This document shows positions 1 through 12,583 of a DNA stretch of 64,000 nt, piece by piece. The notes under the pieces were generated by a model, which did no database searches, was not told the origin of the DNA, and saw only the letters and a list, made by a program, of their open reading frames with translations. The stretch is taken from positions 23,374,001 to 23,438,000 of the forward strand of contig CM119372.1 in NCBI GenBank assembly GCA_051294905.1, read 5' to 3'. Each line of letters opens with the position of its first letter. Positions within the stretch are counted from its first letter, which is position 1. The position numbers were made by a program, and so were the translations under genes. The stretch is from Botryllus schlosseri. Its lineage: Eukaryota.

Positions 1-612
1 ACAAATTTTGACATGAAAAAACTTTATTTTAACGATATCTGGCTCAGTAGTTACACCACGTATTATGGAGGAGTTAATTAAAATTTGTTGTAGTACAACG
101 ACGAAACATACTTTCTTACATTCTCGGGTGAAAATTGTCTGTCCTTACTAAGTAGCTTGCCAATAATGGAAAAATAGCCTACCGTTTAACAGCAGTAGTT
201 GTTGGTTGACAACACTGAAACTGTGCGTACACTGCTGGTGACCCACCATGGTGCTTCATTCTGACAATGTTGTCATACACGTCATACATCACAATTAGGC
301 CTATTCATCATGCGCTTCTTGATAAAATATCCATGCAATGCCCAAGCAGTCTTGCTTCAGTTAGGATATTACGGTACGTTGAGAATAACACCATGTCAAT
401 TGACAACCTATTCGTTTCGTTTGACAATTTATGATCCACGATGAGCAGACAATGGGCCGCCTACAACGGTAGGCCTATAAAGTAGGCTTAAAGCTTTAAA
501 GTATCAAATCTACGATACAAACGAAATGGAGGGGTCAAAAATCTTTTGACTTTGTAAACAATTTTGACAATTTTTTGACTTAACGCTCAATTTTGTAAAA
601 AAAATAGCCCTA
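1..612. mobile_element. Non-autonomous hAT (Ac-type, TAGGGC-ended) element, left part outside the window; same family as 12584-13357
   Basis: Colinear, roughly 75-80% identical by eye to 12750-13350 in direct orientation. Ends ...GTAAAAAAAATAGCCCTA at 612, the reverse complement of which matches the TAGGGCAATTTTTTTAC left end of the second copy. Confidence 0.8.
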
Positions 613-769
613 CTAATACCAAATTTTATTAAACTAGGCATTATCAGCCCGGGTTGATGAGATGAATGGAATTGTTTTTTCACCACTAGTCGAAAAAATT
701 CAAAAAATTCAAAATCAAACCCACCTGAACTAATAACTTCCTTTGGTCGAAAAAATAAACAGAATCTAC

Positions 770-836
770 TCGCGTACCACCTGGAAGACCTTCGCGTACC
801 ACTAGTGGTACGCGTACCACAGGTTGGGAACCACTG
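770..836. mobile_element. Terminal fragment of a CAGTGGTTCCCAA-ended hAT (Charlie/Buster-type) MITE
   Basis: Ends AGGTTGGGAACCACTG at 836 with three subterminal CGCGTACCAC motifs; same terminus as the elements at 19669 and 42119; other end not found. Confidence 0.6.
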
Positions 837-889
837 CTGTAAAGTGAAATCTTCCTGATTATGAGCACCACCTTATGGTGTGTAAGACC

Positions 890-1083
890 CACACTGTTCC
901 CTCTAAGCTGCGCGCGTGCGCGGCCGCGCACTGCTTTTAAAGTCGCCGCGCACTGCAAAACGTGTGCCGCGCACACAGGCCGAAGTGATGACCTTTTTCT
1001 AGTCGTTACGCACTGTTGTCCAAGGGACCGCACAGTGAGTTGGTGAATGTGCGCAGACTCGTGGAAAATGAGAGGGAACATTG
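890..1083. mobile_element. Short hAT-like MITE
   Basis: TIR CACTGTTCCCTCT (892-904) / AGAGGGAACATTG (1071-1083); near-TSD GTAAGACC (882-889) / GTTAGACC (1084-1091); GC-rich GCGCA-repeat interior. Confidence 0.65.
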
Positions 1084-3353
1084 GTTAGACCCCTCCACCA
1101 ACACTTTTGATATCAACTGTTAGTATAGTTTTATAGGCCTATACTACTGCCCGACCGATATCGGATTTTCAAGCCATAATGACTATATATTAATTATACC
1201 TTCACCGATAACCCAGATATATACAGACGATATACAAAAGATGTGGCATCTATCTCTAGGTGTACATTACAAAACTTCAACTTCAGAGAATTCATCTGAA
1301 CAGATTTATACTTCAGCCATCACAGACGCAAATTATACTTCTCTGACTCCTTCCCTGCTACCATCGTATGACTTCACAAAAAATGCTTATATTTTTACCT
1401 CTAATGGCTGATACTACGATATTTCTTTCAAGGTATGTGATGTGAACCCGATACTATCGGCAAACAGATATCTGTCGGACTCTTCAGTAGCAGTACTAAA
1501 ATTACATTCAACCGATCCAACATAGGTAATCTCCCCATAGTTGCTATGACTGTCGAGGTGAGGTCATACTGAAGCAATCACTAAAGTCAATTCCCAATTT
1601 AAGTTTTTTTGGTCAGTCGTCATCATATTGCACGAATCGTGACAAGCGCCAATCTTCACTGATTTACCGTGCAACAATATTCTTGGATATTCACGTAATC
1701 ATCTTCGTTAGAATTCAAGATATTGATTCTCGCTTCAATACGGGGAATCTATGTATAGTTGTATACATATGTAGTAGAACATACACGTTGCTGTTTCTAG
1801 ATATAAAGAATTAATTGATCATTATTAGTGATTTCATTATGTGAATTTTATATTTTAGACAGGCCTCTCACATGTATTCGACAGGCAAGTCAGCTACAAA
1901 GTCGTCGTATACTGCATTAAATTAGAACATATAGCCTAAACAATTTTCGACCAACAGATTTGGCTTATCGCAATGCCAGGATACTAGCGCAATTACGGAA
2001 AGAGCTTACACATGTATGGCTGTTTCGATTCCGAGTAAAGTATCGAGTCAATTTAAGCAATGAACAGCGACCCAACTTATAGGCGCCCTGCACCTGCATA
2101 GAAGGAAGATGCTCTTCGCCATCCTGATTTCCTAGCAGGCGGATTATGGGCACAATCAGACAAGCCGTTTCGGAGAACGCGCAGCACGACTGACTCTTCC
2201 AGGAACCATATAGGTCAATTCTGTGTCATTTCATGACAAATTGCGTGTTTAAACTAGCGCAAACTAGGAGCCCGAACGAATATTATCAAATCAGCAACGA
2301 CATGACACTTGTAGTAAACACCAAGGCCATGCTATTCGACTGCCTGCTATAACAGGCCTTGAGGCTGATCGGCTGCAGTTTCATAGACTGCCTGGATAAC
2401 TGGCATGAACACACCCCAATGGACTCAACCTAACACAATCATTCGCGAATGGGTGCTATCATTTGACTACTATAGCAATAGGGCTAATTCAGGTATATGG
2501 TATGCCTTCAGGCTGATACCACGCGCCATTGGTGTGAGATCATCGCCAATTTTATGATCAAAATCAGTGTTACTTTCAAGTCACGAACGGCTCGTGACCG
2601 ACCAATGCTCGACGCATTTTGATATTATTTTGAGAGTATTAAATGAAATTATACTATAATCACGAATCGTATCTACCAGTCCACCGTATCCATCTTATGG
2701 CGAATCCAACGCACGCAATCTGAACGGGAATATACGTCGAAGAATCATAATATATTTGTACTGTGGATACGAAATAATACATAATAAAATGACGTATCCA
2801 GGAAGTCTAATCAAAAACAAGATCAGAAATAATGGTAACTGCAAACAAGTTCATACATACGCATCAGATTTTGTGATTGTCCGAACTAAGTAACTGAAGA
2901 CCCATTTACACTGCCAGTTTGAGTAAACTATTTTACATTATTTACGAATTTTGAGGTTGTAAAAATCGTCAGCACGCCAGACACACATCGTTGCAAGAAA
3001 CCAGCTTGCAAAGAGGGCTCTCCGTTTACATAAGGGAATGGGTAGTCCACTATCCCATGGTACAAGGCATTTTACAAGATGGGTCGTTGTACCCCAACGA
3101 TGGCCATGTAAAACTAATCTGGCGGCGTAAATAGGCCGTGAGCGTGCAGCACAACTGGAATAACAGTAGTCAGTGCCAGAAAAAAAAACATAAATTTGAA
3201 ATAGAACGCTCACAGAGACCTGTGAAGAGCAGCAACTAACATAACCCGCATGCGATTGCATGGATAGAGGCATTCTCACAAGTTGAAATAATAGAATATC
3301 GACGTGAAACTAGTTTAAACATTCCTCTAACAATAAAACAGTTCAGACGTCTT

Positions 3354-4240
3354 CAGAGGTGGTCAGTGACGAAGTACTTCTACCTCTTTGAATACTCGAA
3401 GTAGATTTATCCTATCTGCACAACCAACTCAAGCGGTCATGTTTTAGCACTATTTACCTTTCCTAGGGTTACCTCATTTTGGAATCGGAAACGGAGGACA
3501 TTTTTATCAAATCATCAAAGTTAGCTTACCGAAATTGAAAACAGCTGATTTTGAAATATTAACTGGAAAACTTGTTGTTACTTACTTTTTACCTATAGTT
3601 CTGTGGTGTTGACTGACTACCGCGTAACCCGTCGTTCATATTTAAGGCCGAAATTCAACGTCTTCCGTGGTCTTTTGGGTCATTTTAGGCCAAGTAGGAG
3701 GATAAATTGTCAAAAAGGACGACACTTGGATGAAGGGAAGACATTTCTTAAAAAAGGAGGACAAATCCTCCTACGTTTGGTACCCCCTACGTTTTCACAC
3801 TGCCACGAGTGAAATTGTCATAACTGGGCGAAATACCTCCGAACCATGGCAACTATACACATTTTAAAAAACTGCAGCCAATTGTCATCGGTCGTTTTGC
3901 GTTGGTCGCAAAGAGTCATCTTACAATTTGTAAAGAAGCCACCTCCGATCAACTGCTACTTCAACTACTTACAGATTAGTCTTCCAGACCTTCATTTTCT
4001 ACTTCTTCTCTCAGTAGTTTTGACATGTCTCGAAAATCGTTACTGCTACTTGTAATTATAATAAATATATGTTATTACTTCTACTTGTGTACTTTTCAGA
4101 CCATCATTTATTATTTTCACTCAAAGTAGTTTTGACATACTTTGAAAATCACTACTCGTATTGTAATTGAGTAGATATTTACAGCGTCAGCACTACTTGT
4201 GTGGAATGTGTACAGACGCCGAGTTCTCTGACCACCTCTG
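3354..4240. mobile_element. Non-autonomous hAT element with CAGAGGTGGTCA termini, immediately 3' of FLII; contains a nested TAGGGTTACC-type fragment (~3464-3789)
   Basis: 13-bp perfect TIR CAGAGGTGGTCAG / CTGACCACCTCTG; same termini and CTACTT-rich subtermini as 37467-38677; TSD not preserved. Confidence 0.7.
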
Positions 4241-4279
4241 AGCATCCTAGCATAACGAATATCGCAGCGCTGCACACAA

Positions 4280-7200
4280 TTATTCAGGCGCTTTGATAAA
4301 ATCGCCCCAAGCGTGAAAGCACTGTGTAAACTCCCTCCCTTCGTTGCCTTTCCTAACCAACCGCAACCTCCGTTTGATACCCTTGCTTTTCAAATGCTGA
4401 ATGTAAACGGAGCAAGTCTTCAAACCCAGCTTGACCTCGACCTGGCTGGTCTGCCCGCCCACCCACATATAGACGATATCGCCGTTGTCCAGTATCATGA
4501 TATCATCGTCGGCTAGGTCGTCCTGACAGAAGTCGGCGCATTTCTCCGACACGGCAAAGTATCCTTTTTCGTTAGAGCACCGAAACAGCCTGGCGTGCCG
4601 CATGTAATTTGCCTCTTCCGGGTAGGCATCGGTACGCTGACCGAGCCCGACCCAGAAGAAATTTTCCGGTTCTTCACCCTCGTTCAAAACCTGGACGCTG
4701 TGATCCCGTGAAAACATCATGTCCACCAAATCCTCCATCAATTTGGAATCGCGAGCAGACGCGACTCGCCCGATCCAGCCGTACACGATACCGGTCATGT
4801 CAACGCTATTAAACGGCACGCTCAGTATGTAGCAAAACTCAGAATTGAGCAGAAGCGGATCAGGCTCGATTTCGATGCACCTGGCTGTTAAGAGCCCGCC
4901 GTTTGACCGAATGTGGAAAAACTGAGGCTGTTCATCCATTTTTTCCTTCCTCACCGCAGCCTCCTTCCTGCTCCCTTTGAAAACCACAAATTTCTGCCGG
5001 AAATGCGACAGAAACTTCAAGTTTTCCTGCTGCTGCCGCATCTTCACCACCTCGAGCTTGCCGGGGAAAAGGGCCTCAAACTTTTTCTGCAGCGTGAACG
5101 TAAACGTGAGCCATCCCATATTGGACGCTTCGCGGCCCTGCCAGAAGTACACTACGCACTGAATGTCGTCCTCGTGTTCCTTGTCCTCGTCGGAATCGTC
5201 GTCTTCATCGTTGACGGCCGGCACCCAGTACCGACACAAGAACACGTAGCAGTCGCGGGTGTAGAACTTGCCGAATTCTTCCTGCGAGAGCGTCGTGAAT
5301 TTCCTTCCGTCGAGAATGAAACCTTGCATCAGTTCCAGATCTTCGTTCCACTCTTCCATCAGCTGTTCGGCTTCGTCGTCAGGCATCGGAGGCTGACGCG
5401 GCATGAAAATCGCAGACAAATCGATCTGATCTTTCTTCTTATCCTGTCGGATAATCGTCCCTTTATCTGCGTTTTGCGTGTAATCCACTTTCAGCACGTC
5501 AGTCCAGCCGTGGAAATAACTCTTGAAGATCACACTCTCCGTGCCTTCGAGCTGCCGCGACACTATCGTAAACGAGGGTCTGTGTATCATGTGCATGATC
5601 TCGGAAGCTAATTTCAAAGCCGCGTTTCTCAAGAGGCGGGCTGACTTGCGTCCGATCCACACGAAAACATCGGTCTGCGTGTCCAGGATGTACACGGACT
5701 TTGTGCTCAAAAGCGAAGAGACTAATCTCTGCTTCGGTATCAGCTCCAGGTCGGGTGTGGTCTCGTGTTCCAGCAAAAGTTGATACTTGACTTGCGGCAG
5801 TTCTAGATAGCCCATGCCTAAATTGACGCGATACAGAGCGGGCCTGCCGCCTTGGTAGATGGACAAGTCAGCCGGTGATATTTCGTCAGGCATGCCGCCG
5901 AATAACTCCCAAAAATCGTCCTCTTCATAGGTCTGATATGACATCACGATCTCGGCCTGATTCTTTCTTTCGTACTTGTTGATTTTTTCCGCGATTAGTC
6001 TCGCTTTGGAACGCATCACTCCTTTGGCTTCCGCTCCGACCCAAACATAAATCGTCATGCCGTTATCGAGTATTAAAACCTGCGTTGGGTTAAGCGAAGA
6101 CCATTCGATTGGAACAGGAAATGGTGTCAACGTCCGCGTGCCACGTAAAGCATACAGTCTCAACGGATATTCAGTTTTTTCTACAGAATAAAAACCACTT
6201 GCGGTTCCGCCCTCAATATACGCAATATCGTTATCGAAAAGGTCAAGAAACTCGTCGCTCTCATCCTGCATCTCTTCTCGAATGCACCTGCCTTCTGCGC
6301 CTAGCATGTTCCTGAGATTGACCGCATGGATCGCGCTGCAAGCTTGTTTGTCCATGGTAGACTCGAGGCCGATCCAGTAAAATATCTGCCAGTTTAAATT
6401 CCCGCTTTCGTCCATATTTGTGCCGAGCACGATATAGCAATCGGCTTCGTAAAATTTTCCGTAGAACGCTTGATCTTCAATAAGGACCGGGTAGAAATTC
6501 TCAATCTGCCAGATGGTGAGCCCGGGATACTGACCGATTTCGTCTGTGAATATCGCGGTGTAGTCTATGTCCGGTTTCTGTAACTGTTCATTCCACCGTT
6601 TTGAACTACGGATCAACGCAGCGTGACTGGAATCCTCTTCGGTTGTTGATGTGGATTTACGTCGTTTCTGTCCGGTGACGTCGGAAAGACCTTGAAGAAC
6701 TTGAGCCGTTTTAGCGTCATCCGCTTTCGGGCGTCTGAGTCGGTGACGGCGACTGGTGTGATCCTTTTGAGCAGACGAGCTGGAATCTACATTTGATGGC
6801 GGAGTGATACCGATTCTTTTCAATTGACCGCTCAGAGAGAAGTCTATGTCGTATACTTTGTCGTCGGGCTCCGCGTTTGCCGCGGGCTTGGGCGGCATGA
6901 CCAGGTTTGGATTACCTCTCACGTCCAATTCTTGCAAATGTTCCAGCCAATGAACAGCTTCCGGTAGAGTCACGAGCCTGTTGTTGGTTAAAATCAATTT
7001 CTTCAAATCCCCGCATCTGCATAACCCTTCCGGTATCAGTTCCAAATTGTTATCCGACGCGCAAAACTGTTCCAAGCTCGACAGTTTTCCGATACTTGCG
7101 GGAATGCCTTCAAAGTCGAGTTTGTTGTCATTCAAATAAAGCCGTCTGAGGCATTGCATTTTACTCATAGTGGTTGGAATTGAAGTCAACTGATTGTTTG

Positions 7201-8026
7201 ACAAGTTCAGAGTCACCATCTTCGTCCAAGTGTCGACGAGCATTGATAATTCGTGAATTTGATTGTTTGACATGTTCAGTCTTTTCAGCGACTGGCAAGT
7301 ATACAGGCATTCTGGAATCCGGGTGAATTCGTTGTGTGATAAGTCGACATCGTCCAAACTCTTCAAATTTTCCAAGCTGCTTGGAAAATTGGAGATAGAC
7401 CTTTGCGTATTCCTCAAATGCAAAGTTCGAATAGCAATCATGGATGGTAGTTGCCGAAGCTGTGCATGAATCATCGGATTGTCGTTGAGAATTAGAGTCG
7501 TCAAATTCACGAGTCTCCTCATCTGAGGTGGTAAAGTCTCTAGTTTGTTTCCACTCAAATCCAAATGGATCAGATCAGTTAAATTTATGAACATTTGCGG
7601 CGGGATGCCGTCTATTTCGTTGTTGCTCATATTCAAAACAAGCAGTCCGCGACAATTTTCTAATTCCGGAGGGACTGTTGTCATCAAGTTGTGGCTTAGA
7701 TCCAACACCGTCAGCTCTTCCAGACCAAATATATCTGAAGGTACCGATGCATTTCGTAACATATTGTGATGAGCATTGATTGATTTAAGCTGCGGAAGTG
7801 ACGCCAAGTCGCCATGTAATGATTCCAAGTTGTTCCTTGACACTGATATCTCCTCCAACTTTTTCATGTCACCCAATTCTTCTGGCAAGTAGCATAGGTG
7901 TGTTCGGTCCAACTTTAACCAGCGTAAACCGGACATGTGTTTTATCTTTTCAGGAAACATGGCACCTTTGAAGTCATATTGAGTTAAATCGACTCCTCTG
8001 ACAAAGGGAAGTACCCCAACAGACAT
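4280..8026 (-). CDS. FLII: Protein flightless-1 homolog (N-terminal LRRs plus gelsolin-like domains), single-exon CDS, 1248 aa
   Basis: Uninterrupted ORF starting [15 protein letters not shown], tandem LRRs, then gelsolin repeats ([76 protein letters not shown]). Confidence 0.97.
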   Translation of the reverse strand: MSVGVLPFVRGVDLTQYDFKGAMFPEKIKHMSGLRWLKLDRTHLCYLPEELGDMKKLEEISVSRNNLESLHGDLASLPQLKSINAHHNMLRNASVPSDIFGLEELTVLDLSHNLMTTVPPELENCRGLLVLNMSNNEIDGIPPQMFINLTDLIHLDLSGNKLETLPPQMRRLVNLTTLILNDNPMIHAQLRQLPSMIAIRTLHLRNTQRSISNFPSSLENLKSLDDVDLSHNEFTRIPECLYTCQSLKRLNMSNNQIHELSMLVDTWTKMVTLNLSNNQLTSIPTTMSKMQCLRRLYLNDNKLDFEGIPASIGKLSSLEQFCASDNNLELIPEGLCRCGDLKKLILTNNRLVTLPEAVHWLEHLQELDVRGNPNLVMPPKPAANAEPDDKVYDIDFSLSGQLKRIGITPPSNVDSSSSAQKDHTSRRHRLRRPKADDAKTAQVLQGLSDVTGQKRRKSTSTTEEDSSHAALIRSSKRWNEQLQKPDIDYTAIFTDEIGQYPGLTIWQIENFYPVLIEDQAFYGKFYEADCYIVLGTNMDESGNLNWQIFYWIGLESTMDKQACSAIHAVNLRNMLGAEGRCIREEMQDESDEFLDLFDNDIAYIEGGTASGFYSVEKTEYPLRLYALRGTRTLTPFPVPIEWSSLNPTQVLILDNGMTIYVWVGAEAKGVMRSKARLIAEKINKYERKNQAEIVMSYQTYEEDDFWELFGGMPDEISPADLSIYQGGRPALYRVNLGMGYLELPQVKYQLLLEHETTPDLELIPKQRLVSSLLSTKSVYILDTQTDVFVWIGRKSARLLRNAALKLASEIMHMIHRPSFTIVSRQLEGTESVIFKSYFHGWTDVLKVDYTQNADKGTIIRQDKKKDQIDLSAIFMPRQPPMPDDEAEQLMEEWNEDLELMQGFILDGRKFTTLSQEEFGKFYTRDCYVFLCRYWVPAVNDEDDDSDEDKEHEDDIQCVVYFWQGREASNMGWLTFTFTLQKKFEALFPGKLEVVKMRQQQENLKFLSHFRQKFVVFKGSRKEAAVRKEKMDEQPQFFHIRSNGGLLTARCIEIEPDPLLLNSEFCYILSVPFNSVDMTGIVYGWIGRVASARDSKLMEDLVDMMFSRDHSVQVLNEGEEPENFFWVGLGQRTDAYPEEANYMRHARLFRCSNEKGYFAVSEKCADFCQDDLADDDIMILDNGDIVYMWVGGQTSQVEVKLGLKTCSVYIQHLKSKGIKRRLRLVRKGNEGREFTQCFHAWGDFIKAPE

Positions 8027-9332
8027 GGTGCAGTATAAAGGTTATACAACACTATACTTCTGTGCAAAATGAGCGGATTGTTAGGATCACATAAGAGAAC
8101 AAATAGAGTTTTTTAGAACATGATTAGTCAAGGCCTAACTATAGTTCTCTGAACACCAAATATTATTTTTAATGATCATGATGAGATTATAACGAATAAT
8201 CCAGTATGAAATCGGTGTCCTGCGCTCACACAATTCTTCAATTTTTCAATTTAATAACTCTAACTTGGAGAATCATCGCTGCTCACCTGTTATTAGGCAA
8301 AACGTACCGAGGATGAACAGTAATGAATATATCAGAAAATTGAGTTATCCCAACAATATCGGTGCTAATCGAATTGCTCGGAGAATTATGACATTGCTTC
8401 AAAAACGGGTGATCCGAACTGCGAAGTCGACATCTCATCGGTCAGAATGTCAAATACACCCGACCCCACCTCCTTCTGAAGTTCTGATAAGCGCAAGCGA
8501 GACCGAGACGGAAATCAATGATAGCTTGTTTGTTTATCAACGTGATTCTGACAGAAGACATACCCGGAAAATTAGGTCTGATATAAGTTTCTGTGGTTGA
8601 CATGAACGCCATGACCATAGCAATTTGCAGCGTTGGGATGTGTTGTACAGTCATTGAGAGTACTCGAGTTCAAGTAAAGCAGTATATTTAGTAGCGAACA
8701 GGAGTGTCGAATGGTTATTTTAAGGAGATCGAAATTCGACTTCCAGAATACAGATTGCGGAAACAGATTGCAAGATGCATCTTCTCGCCCTATGCGGTAT
8801 GGCCTATGGCGTCGAAAATAGGTGCAAAATCATAATCTGTTACCGCAATGAAAGTGGTGGGAATCTGTCCAAATTCTAAAAAACGGCAGAATTAGTCCAA
8901 AACGTATCCGAGACGAGTACTGGAAATAGATTAAGGCCACTTGACTAATTAGAGAATTAGAAGTACTTCGTTACTGAACAGTGAACAACTCAGTTGAAGT
9001 AATAACGTTGTTTACTTTTGTTTGTCTATGAAAGCGTTACCATCGCATTGTGTCCTATCGCATTGTACATTGAGTGTGACTGTTCAGATGAAAATATAAC
9101 CCAACAATGTTATGTTATGTTACTCCGATGTCCGGTACTCGCTACATCACAATCCGTATCCGGTACATGTGCTGCTGCGTCTGTTTCGCTGCAACTATAG
9201 AAAACTATACTGCAACAGTGCAACGCTAACCATTACGTCAAGATGCGCGTGTAACATTATTCCAGTCTCAACTGAAATCAGCTGTATTCTGACGATTTGT
9301 GGACATTGCAACGGCGTGTCCTTTTATAGGCA

Positions 9333-11582
9333 ATGGTAACAGACAGGAGCGTTGATACAATGGAAGGTCTGAACCTCTGTCTGAAACTTTGCAACCTGCT
9401 GTTGCAGCACGACGGCGACGTGGAGGACGATACATGCCTTTATCGTATTCTCTCTGAAGTGGAACGCCATCTACAAAATACCGATAATAACCCAGAAGGT
9501 TTAAATACCATCCAAACCGAAATTCAATTGCTTTTAGAGAGGCTTGATGACTGTCGCTCTGTATCAGCATATTGCTTTATAATAGAATTTGCTTCCCACA
9601 TTCTCACAGTAGCTCGTGACAGCATTTCTACTAGAAATGTACTCAATAATTTGTTGGTATATCCTGAAAAGCATTTTGAAAGCCATACTCGTGATGATTT
9701 ATATTCTCTCTCGTATTCATGGCTATCCATGATTCGTAACGTAACAAATGTTTGCGAGCTCATCTCTCACTTTCAAGCTACCGACAGTACATACTTGCAG
9801 GTATTGAAAATGACGGGTTGCTCGTCAATGTTTGTCCAAAGACAAGCTGTAAAATCTCTAGCAGCAATTATTGTAAAACTTCACGAATCAGGCCATGATT
9901 TGTGTCCCTTTTTAAATAAGTTTTCAGATGTCAAACTTTCTCCAAGTAGTCTGATTCAACTGGCTCATACTCTGCTCACACATTCCTATAACGCTGGTGT
10001 TGAGATACTTGCATCACAAAATTATTTGCTACAGTTTATTGCAATTGATCGAGACTTAAAAGATTTATGTGCCAATTATGATAAAGATCTGTGTCATTTC
10101 TTTGAGTCATTTTTCTGTAGCGAGTATAAAACTTTCTTAACTGATGTTACTGAGAGCATTGTTCTCCCTCATGTAACATTGAGATGTGCATCCAATTGTA
10201 TCTCTAACCATCCAGCGAAGGCTACCGGTTGGAAAATCTTGACGTCATTTATCATTCACAGTCCGCCATCAAAAGAAAGAACAATGGCATTATCAATCAT
10301 TTCTCAAATCCTCGAAATTCAAGATCATCCTCAAGGCTCTTGCTTCGTAGGTGTTTGTGAATTTGACACCTGTCAGAAAGTGTTGAATGCACGTAAACAT
10401 AACAAACTGGCCATGGCAAAAATATTTTGTCATGTTTTGAATGCTGTGGCAAACAATAAAACCGATACAAATCTGGATGATCTTATGAGAATCATCTACT
10501 CCCTAGTTGTAGTTGTGACAGCCGCTTTGAGCTCCGACGCTGTATCAGACAAAATCACCATATGCATCTTCCTGGAGAATAGTAATGCGCTGAATGCCCT
10601 GCTGGTCTGTTTATTGCAAAATTGCAATTATTTTGTTGCAAACGGTGATTGCATACCAAAGTTAGTGTTAGCATTTCTTACAAAACCCAGCTCCCATCAT
10701 AGCATAATCAAGCATTGTTATATGTTGGCGATATCTTTTTTGCAAATTTCATTCTGCAAAGATTTCATGTCCGCATGCATTAGTGCTTCATTGAAGAATC
10801 TACATGACAGACGCTGGGAAACTAGGGACTCGGCACTTGAATTTTTGTCGTCTGTGTCGCTGAATCTCCCTGAGACTACCTGCGAATACCTTACGAATAT
10901 ATGCCTGGAACATTCTGTTCACAAGGAATGCCTCAGGCTTTGTCACGATAGTAATGCGCATGTCCGCGGTGCTGCTCTGGAACTGCTGGGAAATCTTGTA
11001 CTAATAACAGAAGTGTTTTCTGACATTGATACCTCTTTGGGCGCGATTATACAAGTATTGCAAGAGGATTCAGATACCATGCCAAGGAGAAAAGCAATTG
11101 CGGCATTGACAAAATACTTGAAGAAGCACAAGGAGCTTGTCTCAGCATTATATAACTCAGCAGTAAATGAAAATTTCTCCCATGATGAAGATGTGGGAAA
11201 GGTACTAAGCATAATTCGTAGAGGACTATTTGAAGATCTCGACTGGGAAGTGAAGTACAACACACTTGATATTCTCTCGCTGCTAATCAGTTACGAAAAA
11301 AAGACAAATGAGTCCGGTGCTGCATCAAACACCTTCGCATCAATGTTACGCGAGATGCAGGGAGACTATGATGATGTCGTGAAAGAGAAAGCAACAACCA
11401 TTGGTATAAATTTTGGCATAATCGACTCTTTGCAGTCCAAAAAATGCCTGGAAAGTACACCAGAATTGAATTCCTTGGTGTTGGAGCTCTTATCTTCGTT
11501 AGAACAAGGCACTGCCGATAAATGCCTTCGACCAGGAGATGAAAATGTTGATGATGATTCAGTGATCTTAGATTGTTATTAA
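9333..11582 (+). CDS. BRAT1: BRCA1-associated ATM activator 1 (BRAT1, HEAT/ARM Integrator cleavage-module chaperone), single-exon CDS, 749 aa
   Basis: Motifs matching BRAT1 from memory of the family: [40 protein letters not shown] and the C-terminal DCY tail. Confidence 0.88.
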   Translation: MVTDRSVDTMEGLNLCLKLCNLLLQHDGDVEDDTCLYRILSEVERHLQNTDNNPEGLNTIQTEIQLLLERLDDCRSVSAYCFIIEFASHILTVARDSISTRNVLNNLLVYPEKHFESHTRDDLYSLSYSWLSMIRNVTNVCELISHFQATDSTYLQVLKMTGCSSMFVQRQAVKSLAAIIVKLHESGHDLCPFLNKFSDVKLSPSSLIQLAHTLLTHSYNAGVEILASQNYLLQFIAIDRDLKDLCANYDKDLCHFFESFFCSEYKTFLTDVTESIVLPHVTLRCASNCISNHPAKATGWKILTSFIIHSPPSKERTMALSIISQILEIQDHPQGSCFVGVCEFDTCQKVLNARKHNKLAMAKIFCHVLNAVANNKTDTNLDDLMRIIYSLVVVVTAALSSDAVSDKITICIFLENSNALNALLVCLLQNCNYFVANGDCIPKLVLAFLTKPSSHHSIIKHCYMLAISFLQISFCKDFMSACISASLKNLHDRRWETRDSALEFLSSVSLNLPETTCEYLTNICLEHSVHKECLRLCHDSNAHVRGAALELLGNLVLITEVFSDIDTSLGAIIQVLQEDSDTMPRRKAIAALTKYLKKHKELVSALYNSAVNENFSHDEDVGKVLSIIRRGLFEDLDWEVKYNTLDILSLLISYEKKTNESGAASNTFASMLREMQGDYDDVVKEKATTIGINFGIIDSLQSKKCLESTPELNSLVLELLSSLEQGTADKCLRPGDENVDDDSVILDCY

Positions 11583-11595
11583 TTTGGTTTACCAA

Positions 11596-11618
11596 GTTTT
11601 TCACTCTTCCTGTTTCAG
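11596..11618 (+). promoter_or_regulatory. Strong 3' splice or trans-splice acceptor between the BRAT1 stop and the NAXE start
   Basis: TTTTTCACTCTTCCTGTTTCAG, with AG at 11617-11618, 34 nt after BRAT1 TAA and 25 nt before the NAXE ATG at 11644. Confidence 0.6.
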
Positions 11619-11643
11619 ATTTGCCTACCCGTACATACTACAT

Positions 11644-12495
11644 ATGCTGAAGTTGCGATTTGTTACTAACTCTATTTGGTTAGTTTCTACATTTGAATGC
11701 ATAAGTCGAGTCGGAAGCTCTGAAGTATCATCAATTAGGGATATATTCTGTCCACAAATACAGTGTCGTCGACGGTATTCAATGGCCAGCGGAATTAAAT
11801 TACTAGGGCAAAAGGAAGCGCAGGATATTGATTTGGAGCTTTTCAATGAATATAAATTTAGTGTAGACCAGTTGATGGAACTGGCGGGGCTCAGCTGTGC
11901 TACAGCAGTGGCGAAAGCGTATGGTCCCGCTGAATCCAAGCAGAATGTGCTGCTGATATGTGGACCTGGTAACAACGGAGGAGATGGATTGGTTTGTGCG
12001 AGGCATCTTTTGTTGTTTGGGATTAAGCCAACAATTTTGTACCCAAAGCGCCCTCAAAAGACCCTTTACCAAAACCTGGTAACACAGTGCGAGAAGAGTG
12101 ATATTGAATTCATCGAGAACATTCCTTCTAATGAAGAGCTCAAGAACTACACCGCAATTGTCGATGCAATATTTGGCTTCAGCTTCAAGCTTGGAGATGG
12201 GGTGCGTCCACCTTTCAGAGAGATTTTAAAAACATTACACGAGACATCCATCCCTATCATAAGTGTTGACGTGCCATCCGGATGGGATGTCGAAAAGGGC
12301 CCAGCTGGATTGGACGATAGTCTGATTATTCGACCAGACTCTCTGATATCTTTGACCGCGCCGAAAAAATGCGCCAAGTATTTCAAGGGGCGGTTGCACT
12401 ATCTCGGCGGGAGGTTTGTACCAAAAGCGCTGGAGGCAAAGTATTCTCTAAATCTGCCAGCATATCCAGGAACTGATTGTGTGGTCGAATTATAG
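11644..12495 (+). CDS. NAXE: NAD(P)H-hydrate epimerase (YjeF_N; APOA1BP), single-exon CDS; first ATG 11644 gives a putative mitochondrial presequence, second ATG 11782
   Basis: [86 protein letters not shown]. The track's TTG start at 11584 lies upstream of the acceptor and is not the likely start. Confidence 0.95.
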   Translation: MLKLRFVTNSIWLVSTFECISRVGSSEVSSIRDIFCPQIQCRRRYSMASGIKLLGQKEAQDIDLELFNEYKFSVDQLMELAGLSCATAVAKAYGPAESKQNVLLICGPGNNGGDGLVCARHLLLFGIKPTILYPKRPQKTLYQNLVTQCEKSDIEFIENIPSNEELKNYTAIVDAIFGFSFKLGDGVRPPFREILKTLHETSIPIISVDVPSGWDVEKGPAGLDDSLIIRPDSLISLTAPKKCAKYFKGRLHYLGGRFVPKALEAKYSLNLPAYPGTDCVVEL

Positions 12496-12583
12496 ATTCG
12501 TCAAGTTCTATCACTTTGTGAGAGTTTATTGTAGTGATTGATCGATATCATCGTGTTGGGAGTTTCCTAATATATCTGAATAC

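Noticed and set aside
4313-7769. Numerous plus-strand ORFs over FLII, and similar ones over BRAT1, NAXE, eIF4E and liprin exons
   Set aside because: Antisense or alternate-frame shadows of real coding sequence with no recognisable motifs.
8265-8654. Small gene between FLII and BRAT1
   Set aside because: TTG-started or short ORFs without motifs or convincing splice structure; more likely divergent promoter/outron sequence.
11584-11643. NAXE start immediately after the BRAT1 stop (translational coupling)
   Set aside because: It is a TTG codon upstream of the acceptor at 11617; an artefact of the prokaryote-style ORF caller.
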